From: Tubulanus polymorphus
Lineage: Eukaryota; Animalia; Nemertea
Direction of reading: 5' to 3'
Length of the DNA: 64,000 nucleotides
NCBI RefSeq assembly: GCF_964204645.1
Contig: NC_134027.1
Span: 26,746,560-26,810,559 of the forward strand
The position numbers were made by a program, and so were the translations under genes. The notes beneath the pieces were generated by a model that saw nothing but the letters and a program-made list of their open reading frames with translations, did no database searches and was not told the DNA's origin. Positions 24,945 to 38,506 of this stretch are shown here, one piece after another. Each line of letters begins with the position of its first letter. Positions within the stretch are counted from its first letter, which is position 1.

Positions 24945-26427
24945 CAGTCAGGAACACTTTCCAAAAACGGCTTATTCTGCCAATTTCGGCGTTTTCCGCC
25001 AATTACGGCAGAATCAGCCGTTTATGGATCACTCAGTTTTGAAACTTTCACAGTCGTTTATGGCTTAATCAGCCAGTTTCAGCTCACTAAGTTTCGAGTT
25101 TTGCTTTAAAGTTTTTTGCGCACTTCCGGTTCAATTAGCGCATGTTGCCGATGACGTCATAATCTCGAGCAGACGATAAGCTTTCATATGACGCTAGGAT
25201 GGAAATTTTTGAGCTAGGTAAAGTGGTCAAATTTACGTTTTTCTAAATGATTACGTCATATGAAGCCCAAAAACTCCGGGAAAACTCTCAAAACTACTAC
25301 AGCATGAAACAAGTTTATTAATCATGATTTTTGTTAAAAATAAATTTGGGAACTAGTTTTAAAAACTATTATAAAGTTTTCAAGTAAACGTTGCCATGGG
25401 TACACATAAAAACATTCGCCATTTCTGGCGTATTCCGCCGTTTTTGGCGTAGTTAGTTTTATAATCATAAACTATTAAGCCATTATTGGCAGTCCCCTTG
25501 TTATATATGAGGATTCCCCCACCCACTTAGACGTTTCCCCTAGTGTCTACGCGGTACTTTTTTCGGAATAAAATAATTAATTTGCTGAGGTGAACGGATG
25601 TGTAAATATTATATGTTAAAAATAAAAATAAAATTAGTATTATTATAATTATCATTCTCATAAGACAAATCAATCATGGATGTATAAACTAGTGTATCAA
25701 AAATCTAGTTTTAAGTTTTGCCCACGGTCTTATCTTGCCTAATAAAGCATAGAATGGTTGAGGGATATATTGGACTGCATATGATGTTGGTTAATTGAAG
25801 GTAATTAACATCTTCGATGCCTCCAAGCTAATTGATGGATTCTTGTGATGGATAATGATTGAATGAATTGGTGGCCGATGACGTTACAACTCAAAATCGA
25901 TACAGCTGTATCTAGACTCATTTCAAAATACAACAAACATTTTCGAAACAATTTGGGATACATGTATGTATATATTTATTTCATAGAATACAGGTATACA
26001 GAAAGAACAGAATTCAAATACATTTGCCATCGGAAACCCATACATTTATATTTAATTCTTTCTTGAAGCCTGGAACGGATCAATGAGATTAATTTTTCGG
26101 CGCAAATATACAAATGTATGCCAGCAGAAAAGCGATGATGTCATAATAGGGACTCCCATCGAACTAAGCATTATAAATAGCACCTGTAAAACTATCTAAG
26201 CTAAAAACGCCGTTTCTGGCGATGTAGTTTTAAAAACTGTAACAGCTGAAAACGGCGGAAATGGCGTTTTTTAAGAACAAGCCAAAAATGGCAGAAAACG
26301 CCGATTTCGGCTAAATTGGCAGAAGCAGTTTAAAACTGAGTAATCCATAAATGGCTGATTCTGCCGTTATTGGCGGAAAACGCCGAAATTGGCAGAATAA
26401 GCCGTTTTTGGAAAGTGTTCCTGACTG
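24945..26427. mobile_element. Non-autonomous DNA transposon, 1483 bp, ~100-bp TIRs, 5-bp TSD (hAT5-like)
   Basis: ttagt|cagtcaggaacactttccaaaaacggcttattctgccaatttcggcg ... cgccgaaattggcagaataagccgtttttggaaagtgttcctgactg|ttagt; no transposase ORF inside. Confidence 0.85.
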
Positions 26428-26628
26428 TTAGTTAACGTTAGTTCGTTATCTGATGAATAAATCCAGGTTGTTTCATGAATCAATTATGGATATCTGCTGA
26501 CCAAAAACTCTGATGATACGAGTCCCTAAGCTTCAAGCAGCACTATGATCTTATTCAATAATTTTATAAAATTTTGGTTGTTTTTTTTAGATTTTACTTG
26601 TTCGAAGAAATGGCAGTAAAGAGCATCA

Positions 26629-29600
26629 ATGGATGTTACTCGACAAAGAAGTGCGCTAGGGGGTTCAGCTAGATTGTTCTTGCACGGAATACAAGGAATC
26701 GGAATATCCTATCGAGGAATCGGACGTGGGGGAGGAATCAAAGATTCCGCAGATAATAAAGACCTCGTTCAACCTGAAACGCGCGTGAAATCAGTGAAAT
26801 CTTCTACGAGTTGTGACAAGGATTTAATCATCGATTCAAATCATTTCTCACGGAGGAAATCAAGAATAAATAGTGAAACTACCGCGGTGACTCGTTCAGA
26901 ATCTGTGAATGAAATAGAAATAACGAAAACTTGCGTGAAAAATAAAGATCCGGAATTTGTGATAAAGAATAAGTTTAAAACTGAACTGAAAACTGAACCA
27001 CGAAATAAGACCGAAATTCAAAAGAAAAAAAATGATGACAAAAAACAACGCGAAAAAACAGTGAATAGAAAAGTTTCAGAGCAAACGAAACAAGATCAGA
27101 AATTTCCTCAACAGACGACGTATTTCAGTGAATTAAAGAGACCGGTGACCAGCGACGCGAGACCAGTAAACACTAGTACTAAACCAGTAAACACTAGTAC
27201 TAAACCAGTGACCGCTTGTACTAAACCAGTGACCGCTAGTACTAAACAAGTGACCGCTAGTACGAGACCAGTGACCACCCGGGCAAATCCAGTGACCACC
27301 AGTAGTACAAGACCAGTGACTAGCAGTAGAAGTCAAGTGACCACAAGTACTTGGCCAGAGACCACCCGTGCAAGTCCAGTGACCACCAGTAGTACAAGAC
27401 CAGTGACTAGCAGTAGAAGTCAAGTGACCGCTAGTACTTGGCCAGAGACCACCCGAGCAAGTCCAGTGACCACCAGCAGTACAAGACCAGTGACTAGCAA
27501 TAGAAGTCAAGTGACCACAAGTACTTGGCCAGTGACCACCCGAGCAGGTCCAGTGACCACCAGCAGTACAAGACCAGTGACTAGCAGTAGAAGTCAAGTG
27601 ACCACAAGTACTTGGCCAGAGACCACCTGTGCAAGTCCAGTGACCACCAGCAGTACAAGACCAGTGACTAGCAATAGAAGTCAAGTGACCACAAGTACTT
27701 GGCCAGAGACCACCGGAGCAAGTCCAGTGACCACCAATAGTAAAAGACCAGTGACTAGCAGTAGAAGTCAAGTGACCGCTAGTACTTGGCCAGAGACCAC
27801 CCGAGCAAGTCCAGTGACCACCAGCAGTACAAGACCAGTGACTAGCAGTAGAAGTCAAGTGACCGCTAGTACTTGGCCAGAGACCACCCGAGCAAGTCCA
27901 GTGACCACCAGCAGTACAAGACCAGTGACTAGCAGTAGAAGTCAAGTGACCGCTAGTACTTGGCCAGAGACCACCCGAGCAAGTCCAGTGACCACCAGCA
28001 GTACAAGACCAGTAACTAGCAGTAGAAGTCAAGTGACCACCAGTACTTGGCCAGAGACCACCCGTGCAAGTCCAGTGACCACCAATAGTACAAGACCAGT
28101 GACTAGCAGTAGAAGTCAAGTGACCACTAGTACTTGGCCAGAGACCACCCAAGCAAATAAAAGGACCAATACAACACCAGTGATTAACAGCACTAGAATA
28201 GTGACCTACAGTAAGAGACCAGGGGCTACTAGCATTAGTCCGACTGCCAATTTAACTAAACAATTTGAAATACTTAAAAAGTCATCGGATAAAGATTTAA
28301 GACGAGCGGATGAAATAGTGAATAAAATGGAAAACCTCAGCGTTTCATCAGAATCAGAATCTAAACAATTAGAAACTGTGTAAGTGAAACGTAGTTTGTT
28401 ACACGTGGTGAATTTCAAATCATCTCTGAATTGAACAATGCCTTTTGTTATCCCCGCTATTGTGAAGATACTATTCTTCTGTGTGATCAGAAGCCATTCA
28501 GTCAAATCCTATTCATACTACCCGGCACTAGTACACAGTTATATCTCCTGATTTATAGAACTTGGTGTTATATATATTTACAGGTCTTTGGATGGTTCTC
28601 TTGATGGTTCATATGAAGAACGCCCCAAAGGTAATTCAAGTAGCCTACAGTCAGTGAAATTAGTAAAAAAGTAGAAAAGGACCTTGTAAAAACTAAGTAA
28701 TTCCATTGAAAATTAGGTCTCAGAAAAATGTTTTCAAAAAAAGATTTACTCCTAAATCATTTGAAGATGAAGTTAAGAAGTAAAATCATTTTAAGGGTTT
28801 AAAAATTTTTGTGAAATTTGGCCCTTGTTATTTATTACATTAGAAAGGATGGCAGCACTGAGACTACCACTTTAAAAAGGTTTATGGTTTTTTCTCTCAA
28901 ATATTTTCAGGGAAAAACTGATATTTAAATGTTTTTATTTCCTTCAGGTGATTCGTATCAATATTATACCGGTAATTCTGCTACAAGCGGTGATATGTAT
29001 TCGGCGAAAACTTCACGAGTTCTCGATGAAAACCTGTCTCGCGAGATGATTCATAAATTACAAAAAGAATTGGTTTCCAGGCAAACCGTACCGGGGCCAG
29101 TAGTCGATTTAACTCGCGACGATTCAGAGGATGAAATACAATTTCAATCTATGCCTACGAGTTGTGAGTGTTCTTTCGACTTGACGAAAAATGAATCAGT
29201 CGTTGGAAATTCTTCGGATTTCGATGCGAAAAGTTCCGACGAAAGAAGAGTCGAAACGCCGAAAAGGAAAATAGTTACGGATGACACGTACAGTAAGAAA
29301 CGACGTGTCATAGGTGTAAATAGTGAGAGCAGCGTTCTGTCCTCGTACGGACTGGGACTAGGACCAGATGAGAGTAGTATTCCGTCTGCGTATGGACGCG
29401 GGCTAGGACGAGGTGAGAGTTGCGTTTCATCTACGCACGGACACGGGGTAGGACGAGGTGAGGGTTGTCTTCCGTCTGCTTACGGACGCGGGCGAGGACG
29501 AGGAAAATTGAACCAGCCGAAACAACTTGAAAACGTTGCTAAAGAAACTGATGAAAGAATCATCGTTATTAAAAGTGTCCAAGATGACAATGCTGACGAT

Positions 29601-32600
29601 AGTAGATCGTTCTCTAGAGTAGATCACGCGGTAGATCGTGATAAAAACGTGTTCGAAGACGCGACGAATCTTGTCGGTTCCGAAAATTGTGAAAATCGGG
29701 AAGAATTGGAAAATAAGAAACCGACGACGACCGAACGTCCTGAACAAAACAACAACATAGCGAACGAAGAGAGTCATTGGTCCGATGAATATTCCAGGTC
29801 ACTTAGTGCATATAACCGTAGCGTCATCAATGATAAATGTTCTGAACGAACTGCTTCGAAACGAGCTCCGCCAGGGTTTCAATCACCTCAACAATCGTCT
29901 TCAAATACATCGTCGACGAAAGTTTACGCGGAATGTCGTTCCAGCAGCCGCCGTCGCGTTAAATCACCGTTTACCGACGACAGTCCGCTGCTGTCGGAAA
30001 ACTATCGCAACTTCGATGAAAACGCTCGATGGATGTCGCCGTGGAACTGGCAAGGTTACGGCTCAAATCCGATGACCGGATTCGAGGATCTGCTCGGACC
30101 GTGCGGTGGTCCGCCTAACGCGATGATGAACACTGATTATTCTAGCATGATGCAGCGACATCGGTTTATGACGTCGAGTAACCGTTTCATATCTCCGTAT
30201 TATAATTACCCGATGCCTAGACCTCCCGGATTTATGAGACGACCCCCGGGATTTATGAGATCACCCCCTGAGGGATTCGCACCGCGCTGTTTTAACAGCA
30301 TGCCTCCGCCTCCCGGATTTCAGACGTCCGCGATACCTCAGATGCAGTATCCGTATTACCGCACGCTCGACGCGACAGCCGCGAACAGCGGTAATATCGG
30401 TAATAACTGGACCGAGGATGTGGTAACGTCTCCTTCGGACAGCGGTTCAACGGCTAGCGACAAAACGAATGAATCCATCGATAAACAACGTAAGCTTAAA
30501 TCTATTCCCGATACTAACAATAACAATACGTCATCGTCGTCATCGGTAACGCCGAATAAAGATTTAAACCGATCTCTAAACGCGTCGCTCAATTCGACGC
30601 TCGTCGATTATTCGGATTCCGATAACGAGGCCAGCGACGATTCGTGGGTCGCGCGTGATTTAGTCGGCGACACTAAACGACGTAACGAGTTAAAGAGTCA
30701 ATCGAGCAGCAGCAGTTTGAGCAGCGACAACGAAATATTCTTCAAACCGAATCCGAATATAAATTTACCGAATCGTTCGTTGAATCCGTGGTTGAATCGT
30801 TACGCAGAGCAGACGACGAATTCGTCCAATCGGAGACCGTCGAATCGCGCGTTTACGAGTAGTTTCAACGATGATAATTTACCGGCGGCGACTCGCAGGA
30901 ATCGACCGGCGAAACGTCTCGGTTGGACTAACGCGGGTATCGCTAAAACGAGTCCGAATACGATGACAACGACGTCGCCGCGAAGCGCCAATAATTCCCC
31001 GGTTACCGGCGGTGTGAATACGTGGTCGGCGTTCGGACAATCGGATTGGCGGAACCGAACTCCCGACGTGTCGCCTACGAGTTTCACTTACCCGAAACGT
31101 TACTCGTTCGAGTCGCCGACGAACGTCGTCTCGTCTCCCGTTGATTATCTGTGGAAACAGAGATATTACGCGAAGCTATCGATGAGCGACGTTAAATTCA
31201 TCGATTCTCATTGTCACATCGATTTCATATTCAATAAATCGAAACATCGCGGATCGTGGAGCGAATATAAACAGTTACACGCCGATACGTTCATGGTTAA
31301 CTACGCCGGCTGTATTACTAACTTCTGTGATCCGAGGACTTATAAACAGAATGGTAGGTTTTCAGGGGGGGGGGGGGCTGCATGGGTCAATTGATTAGAA
31401 TAGGCTCCCGTTTACCGCTCGGAAAAAATACCTCTTCCTGCATTTGCAACAGAAATTTACCTATGTTTTACAGATAATTTTCCGACAATCTGGACGGCAT
31501 CGGGTTATTTATGACTAGTATACCCTTTGATTAAATTTTGGGGGTCTCCTTAAAAAGCCTCAGTGAGGTCAAGGGGGTCTTGCGACTCATAAGACCTCCT
31601 GAATGTGACCCTGGACCTAGTTGCTAACTTAAAACCAGTCTTAGACCGACTTTTGTCTAAGTTCTGTAGCAAACCTTCAACCAGTCTATGATAGATTTAA
31701 GACCACTATTGGACTTACGTCATGACTCTTCAACTTGACCTTGGTTTTAAACTCAAGTGTTGAATCTATATTTGATTCACTGATGATGATCGATCTATTT
31801 CAGGTGTATGGGTCGATATACTGAAAGAAGATCAGGTTTGGGGAGCTTTCGGTTGTCATCCTAAATGCGCGAGTGAGTTCAACGACGAGAAGGCGGAATT
31901 TCTTCGCGAAATAATGAAGCATCCGAAAGTTGTGGCTCTGGGTGAAATAGGTCTGGATTATTCAAAACAGTAGTGAGTATTAAAACACCTATCGATGAGT
32001 TACTATTTGAGTTATTTCGATGAACCATCATCCTGAATGCGTCTCTTTTCTCATTTATTTTAGCTTTCTAGAAAAGGCCGATATTCAGAAAGAAGTCTTC
32101 ATCAAACAGTTGAAAATCGCTATAGAATGCAAGAAACCGTTGGTAATTCATTGTAGAGAGGCAGATAAAGATTGTATCGAGATCATGAAAATGGTAAGCA
32201 ATACGCAACACTTAGGAGTTAGTTCCGCTCTTCTGGACTCAGTTCCACGGTTCAGGATTTCATTTGGTTCCACAGTACAGGACTCAGTTCCACAGTACAG
32301 GACTCAGTTCCACAGCTCAGGACTCAGTTCTACAGTTTACACATCTTAGCCTCCTACTCTTCAGCATCTGTGCTTATCTTTCAAGATGGAGTTAAAGAAC
32401 TTGTTAAGAAAGCATTTTGATATCCAAACTAGGAAGCGCCTTTGAACATCCATCATTGCACAATACAAATGATTTACTCATTGCTTCATTCAATAATTCC
32501 TTTATTCAAACTTTCATTTATTCATAAGTCTATTCAATCATACCTTTATTCAATCCTTCATTCCTCTATTCAATCCTTCATTCCTCTATTCAATCTCTCA

Positions 32601-33672
32601 TTCCTTCATTCCTCTATTCAATCTCTCATTCTCAATTCGTCATTCATTCATACCTTTTTAATCAATCTTTCATTCCTTCATTCCTCTATTCATTCATTCC
32701 TCTATTCATTCATTCCTCTATTCAATCTCTCATTCTCAATTCGTCATTCATTCATACCTTTTTAATCAATCTTTCATTCCTTCATTCCTCTATTCCTTCA
32801 TTCCTCTATTCATTCATTCCTCTATTCATTCATTCCTCTATTCAATCTCTCATTCTCAATTCGTCATTCATTCATACCTTTTTAATCAATCTTTCATTCC
32901 TTCATTCCTCTATTCCTTCATTCCTCTATTCATTCATTCCTCTATTCAATCATTCCTCTATTCAATCTTTGATTCATTCATGCCTCATTTGTTGATGTAT
33001 TGTATATATATATTTACAGTACGTTCCGCGAGATTATAAAATTCACAGACATTGTTTCACCGAGGATTGGGAAACCGCCGTTCCGTGGTTGGAACATTTC
33101 TCCAATCTATATTTGGGATTCACGGCGTTGTTGACGTATCCGAGAGCCCGTGGAATTCATGACGTTGTCCGTAGGATGCCCGTAGATCGGATACTATTAG
33201 AAACGGATGCCCCGTATTTTATTCCTTCATATGTAAGTACCGGTACTCGAATTGAGAGAAACCAAATATCTACTGCTGGACCCTGGACCCTCTCTGACAC
33301 CCTTCTGCCATAACCCTGCACCCACTCTTGATATTCTGCTGCCTGGTCCCTGCATCTCCTTGAACATTTGATACACCGTTCTTTCTATTAGAACTTCACC
33401 CGAGACAATTTTGACGAAAAGAACCCACAAATCACACATCAGACATTTTATCAGCAAATTTTCAAAACTGTGAATGTGTTCGGAGCTGATCTAGGGCTGT
33501 ATTATTTACCGTGTGATTTGTGTAATTACAGGTGCCGAGGGATGAAGTAAAGTTATCACATCCCGGTATGGCGTTGTGTGTCGCGTATGAAGTAGCTAAA
33601 CACAGACGTCTTCCTATCGACGACGTTTTACAAATAATACGCGAAAATACTCGAAAAATGTACAACGTATAA
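26629..33672 (+). CDS. TatD DNase-domain protein, TATDN2-like, with a ~1350-aa low-complexity N-terminus; 7 coding exons
   Basis: TatD motifs [50 protein letters not shown]. Exons ~26629-28379, 28584-28630, 28948-31354, 31804-31972, 32064-32193, 33020-33232 and 33532-33672 join in frame. Confidence 0.85.
27280..28150 (+). repeat. Coding 87-bp tandem repeat (29 aa, [29 protein letters not shown]), ~10 copies
   Basis: gagaccacccgagcaagtcc recurs every 87 bp; explains antisense ORF 27133-28152. Confidence 0.95.
32480..32980. repeat. Degenerate (TTCA/TTCC)n low-complexity intronic repeat
   Basis: Repeated cattcctctattcaat/cattccttcatt motifs with a longer internal duplication. Confidence 0.85.
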
Positions 33673-33870
33673 AAACAACATGAATCATCGGTGTGAAAAT
33701 TACAGACAGTCGTAGTTTGTGTATCTTATCATTAATTCACACACAGTATTATAATTATCATTAGTTATAAGTTTTATTTTGTAGTTTCATCGAGTTCATT
33801 CTATTTTGCTATTAGGCGAATGTATGTTTAGTTAGACCAGGGGCCGTCCATTAAGTACACGTGTATCCAG

Positions 33871-34008
33871 GGGCCAGTTGCACAGTCGTGACTTAAGTCC
33901 AAAAGTGGTCTTAAAACTTAAGACTGGTCTTAAGTTGTTAGATTGTCTATAGAACTAAGTTGGTCTTAGACTGGTCTTAAGTCTAAGCCATGACTCTGCA
34001 ACCGGCCC
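33871..34008. mobile_element. MITE family C (Harbinger-like, CAG TSD); degenerate copies at ~4925-5015, ~5510-5631, ~31615-31745 and ~49885-50012
   Basis: cag|gggccagttgcacagtc...gactctgcaaccggccc|cag; internal agactggtcttaag repeats. Confidence 0.75.
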
Positions 34009-34525
34009 CAGAGGATCAAGAATTGAATACTGTAGATAATGTTTAATTGTATGCGTATTGTGAGTTCCATACACACTTTATGAATGGTCACTTTAGATAG
34101 ATAAAAAAACAATGATTATTTCATAATAAGCTCTTGACGATGTTCAAAGATGATGTTGAATTGAAAATGAATTTGAATTTTGTATATAATTCATGCAATT
34201 TGAGAATTATTATGTCGGAGAAATCTGCGAGATATTTCGGTGTTAGTTTTGTTATAATTAAGTAATAATGTCATAATCGATAATGTTTTATTTTTTGCAA
34301 TATAATTTGAAGGTATAAAAAGCCAGTGTTTGTTGAATGTGTTTTGCTTTTCGGTTGTTTTGTGGAATAAAAATGTTTGCCGGTATCATCCCTCCCTCAG
34401 ATCATTGTATTGTATTATTTGGAAAATGCTGTGTTTGAACCCGGGACAACCCTGTACATCCTCTATTCAGAATCAGGACCACTCTGAATCAGTGTCAGTA
34501 CTTACTTTTAAGATATCAACATTTT

Positions 34526-34710
34526 ACCGTACGGTGCTGCCTCTATGCTCATCGTTAGCGGGATTTTTATACACTAACGTTAGTCAACTCTGGCAAGCTA
34601 AGGTCACGGAGTATAACTGGACAGCACGTCGAACGTCGATTGCCAGAGTTGACTTTAGTTAGTGTATGAAAACCCCGCTAACGATGAGCACAGCGGCAGC
34701 ACCGTACGGT
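34526..34710. mobile_element. Long-TIR foldback/MITE element (~70-bp arms); copies start at ~34526, 34856, 35670, 36481, 36990, 37921, 38430 and 39256
   Basis: accgtacggtgctgcc...gtcaactctggcaa [spacer] ttgccagagttgac...ggcagcaccgtacggt. Confidence 0.75.
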
Positions 34711-35390
34711 CGGAACACCCCTGCACATCCTTCAGCATCAGGACAACTTGGACCACTCATGGGTTTGAACCCGGGACACCTCCGTACAGCCTCTATTCAG
34801 AATCAGAACCACTCTGAATCAGTGTCAGTACTTACTTTTAAGATATCAACATTTTACCGTACGGTGCTGCCTCTATGCTCATCGTTAGCGGGATTTTTAT
34901 ACACTAACGTTAGTCAACTCTGGCAAGCTAAGGTCACGGAGTATAACTGGATAGCACGTCGATTGCCAGAGTTGACTTTAGTTAGTGTATGAAAACCCCG
35001 CTAACGATGAACATAGCGACAGCACCGTACGGTCTGGACACCCGGCCCTGTACATCCTTTATTCAGCATCAGGACAACTTGGACCACTCATGGGTTTGAA
35101 CCCGGGATACCCCCATACATCCTCTTTTCAGCATCAGAACCACTCTGAATCAGAATCAGTAATTGATGGGTTCGAACCCGGGACACCCCTGTACATCCTC
35201 TATTCAGCATCAGGACCACTCTGAATCAGTATCAGTAATTGATGGGTTCGAATCCGGGACACCCCTGTTCATCCTCTATTCAGCATCAGAACCACTCTGA
35301 ATCAGTATCAGTAATTACTGGGTTCGAACCCAGGACATCCTTGTACATCCTCCACTCTGAATCAATATCAGTAATTATGCTGGAATCCAG

Positions 35391-35504
35391 GACCCAGTTC
35401 CACAGTTGTGAGTTAGAGTTAACTCTGAGTTAAAGTTTATTCATTTTCAATGTTTTATTTATCCCAGGGTCAAATCTTAACTCAGAACTGTAGAACTGTG
35501 GACC
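35391..35504. mobile_element. MITE family D (Harbinger-like); copies at ~36201, ~37642, ~47644-47793 and ~62212-62311
   Basis: cag|gacccagttccacagttgtgagttagagttaact...ctgtagaactgtggacc|cag; the empty site (cccaggacgacactac) is visible at ~37446. Confidence 0.75.
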
Positions 35505-36845
35505 CAGGACGACACTACAATTCATCCTCTATTCAGCTTCAGGACTATGAATCAGTATCAGTTATTGATGGGTTCGAACCCAGGACACCCCTGTACATCC
35601 TCTATTCAGCATCAGTACCGCTCTGAATCAATTATCAGTAATAACGTTTTTTTGAGATATCAACATTTTACCGTACGGTGCTGCCTCTATGCTCATCGTT
35701 AGCGAGATTTTTATACACTAACGTTAGTCAACTCTGGCAAGCTAAGGTCACGGAGTATAACTGGACAGCACGTCGATTGCCAGAGTTGACTTTAGTTAGT
35801 GTATGAAAACCCCGCTAACGATGAACGTAGCGGCAGCACCGTACGGTCGGGACACCCGTGTACATCCTTTATTCAGCATCAGGACAACTTGGACCACTCA
35901 TGGGTTTGAACCCGGGATACCCCCATACATCCTCTTTTCAGCATCAGAACCACTCTGAATCAGAATCAGTAATTGATGGGTTCGAACCCGGGACACCCCT
36001 GTACATCCTCTATTCAGCATCAGGACCACTCTATATCAGTATCAGTAATTGATGGGTTCGAATCCGGGACACCCCTGTTCATCCTCTATTCAGCATCAGA
36101 ACCACTCTGAATCAGTATCAGTAATTACTGGGTTCGAACCCAGGACATCCTTGTACATCCTCCACTCTGAATCAATATCAGTAATTATGCTGGAATCCAG
36201 GACCCAGTTCCACAGTTGTGAGTTAGAGTTAACTCTGAGTTAAAGTTTATTCATTTTCAATGTTTTATTTATCCCAGGGTCAAATCTTAACTCAGAACTG
36301 TAGAACTGTGGACCCAGGACGACACTACAATTCATCCTCTATTCAGCTTCAGGACTATGAATCAGTATCAGTTATTGATGGGTTCGAACCCAGGACACCC
36401 CTGTACATCCTCTATTCAGCATCAGTACCGCTCTGAATCAATTATCAGTAATAACGTTTTTTTTTAGATATCAACATTTTACCGTACGGTGCTGCCTCTA
36501 TGCTCATCGTTAGCGAGATTTTTATACACTAACGTTAGTCAACTCTGGCAAGCTAAGGTCACGGAGTATAACTGGACAGCACGTCGATTGCCAGAGTTGA
36601 CTTTAGTTAGTGTATGAAAACCCCGCTAACGATGAACGTAGCGGCAGCACCGTACGGTCGGGACACCCGTGTACATCCTTTATTCAGCATCAGGACAACT
36701 TGGACCACTCATGGGTTTGAACCCGGGACACCCCCGTACATCCTCTATTCAGCATCAGAACCACTCCGGATCAGTATCAGTAATTGTAGAGAGAATCCCA
36801 CAATGATAATAAAAAGTCCGAAAATGAAACTTCGAGATGGTAGTT

Positions 36846-36890
36846 TATTTCAACGTTTCGACTATATCCTAATAGTCATCTTCAGGAATA
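36846..36890 (-). ncRNA. Penelope-type minimal type I hammerhead ribozyme motif (intact core)
   Basis: Minus strand: tattc-CTGAAGA-T-GACTAT-taggat-ATAGTC-GAAAC-GTT-gaaata; AATAAA overlaps the 3' end. Confidence 0.7.
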
Positions 36891-38285
36891 ATGAGATACT
36901 ACAAAAATTATGAGATATATATATATACAATCCAGAGACAAAGAGACTAATTCAAGTAATCAGAGTTGATACAAACTAAAGGAAAATTTACCGTACGGTG
37001 CTGCCTCTATGCTCATCGTTAGCGGGATTTTTATACACTAACGTTAGTCAACTCTGGCAAGCTAAGGTCACGGAGTATAACTGGATAGCACGTCGATTGC
37101 CAGAGTTGACTTTAGTTAGTGTATGAAAACCCCGCTAACGATGAGCATAGCGACAGCACCGTACGGTCTGGACACCCGGCCCTGTACATCCTTTATTCAG
37201 CATCAGGACAACTTGGACCACTCATGGGTTTGAACCCGGGATACCCCCGTACATCCTCTTTTCAGCATCAGAACCACTCTAAATCAGTATCAGTAATTGA
37301 TGGGTTCGATCCCAGGACACCCCTGTACACTCCTCTATTCAGGCATCGGGACCACTCTGAATCAGTGTCAGTAATTGATGGGTTCGAACCCAGGACATCC
37401 CTGTACATCCTCCACTCTGAATCAGTATCAGTAATTATGCTGGAGCCCAGGACGACACTACAATTCATCCTCTATTAATCTTATCAGTAATTGATTGGTT
37501 CGAACCCGGGACACCCCTGTTCATCCTCTATTCAGCATCAGAACCACTCTGAATCAGTGCAGTAATTACTGGGTTCGAACCCAGGACATCCTTGTACATC
37601 CTCCACTCTGAATCAATATCAGTAATTATGCTGGAACCCAGGACCCAGTTCCACAGTTGTGAGTTAGAGTTAACTCTGAGTTAAAGTTTATTCATTTTCA
37701 ATGTTTTATTTAACCCAGGGTCAAATCTTAACTCAGAACTGTAGAACTGTGGACCCAGGACGACACTACAATTCATCCTCTATTCAGCTTCAGGACTATG
37801 AATCAGTATCAGTTATTGATGGGTTCGATCCCAGGACACCCCTGTACATCCTCTATTCAGCATCAGTACCGCTCTGAATCAATTATCAGTAATAACGCTT
37901 TTTTAAGATATCAACATTTTACCGTACGGTGCTGCCTCTATGCTCATCGTTAGCGGGATTTTTATACACTAACGTTAGTCAACTCTGGCAAGCTAAGGTC
38001 ACGGAGTATAACTGGATAGCACGTCGATTGCCAGAGTTGACTTTAGTTAGTGTATGAAAACCCCGCTAACGATGAACGTAGCGGCAGCACCGTACGGTCG
38101 GGACACCCGTGTACATCCTTTATTCAGCATCAGGACAACTTGGACCACTCATGGGTTTGAACCCGGGACACCCCCGTGCATCCTCTATTCAGCATCAGAA
38201 CCACTCCGGATCAGTGTCAGTAATTGTAGAGAGAATCCCACAATGATAATAAAAAGTCCGAAAATGAAACTTCGAGATGGTAGTT

Positions 38286-38330
38286 TATTTCAACGTTTCG
38301 ACTATATCCTAATAGTCATCTTCAGGAATA
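38286..38330 (-). ncRNA. Second identical hammerhead motif, 1440 bp from the first
   Basis: Same sequence as 36846-36890. Confidence 0.7.
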
Positions 38331-38506
38331 ATGAGATACTACAAAAATTATGAGATATATATATATACAATCCAGAGACAAAGAGACTAATTCAAGTAAT
38401 CAGAGTTGATACAAACTAAAGGAAAATTTACCGTACGGTGCTGCCTCTATGCTCATCGTTAGCGGGATTTTTATACACTAACGTTAGTCAACTCTGGCAA
38501 GCTAAG

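Noticed and set aside
27108-28152. 339-aa antisense ORF rich in Trp/His/Cys, resembling a metal-binding repeat protein
   Set aside because: Reverse frame of the stop-free 87-bp repeat; no independent gene signals.
31969-31978. Apparent in-frame TAG-TGA in the TatD domain (pseudogene or readthrough)
   Set aside because: The exon ends at TA|gtgagt and joins C at 32064 to give TAC (Tyr); the frame is intact.
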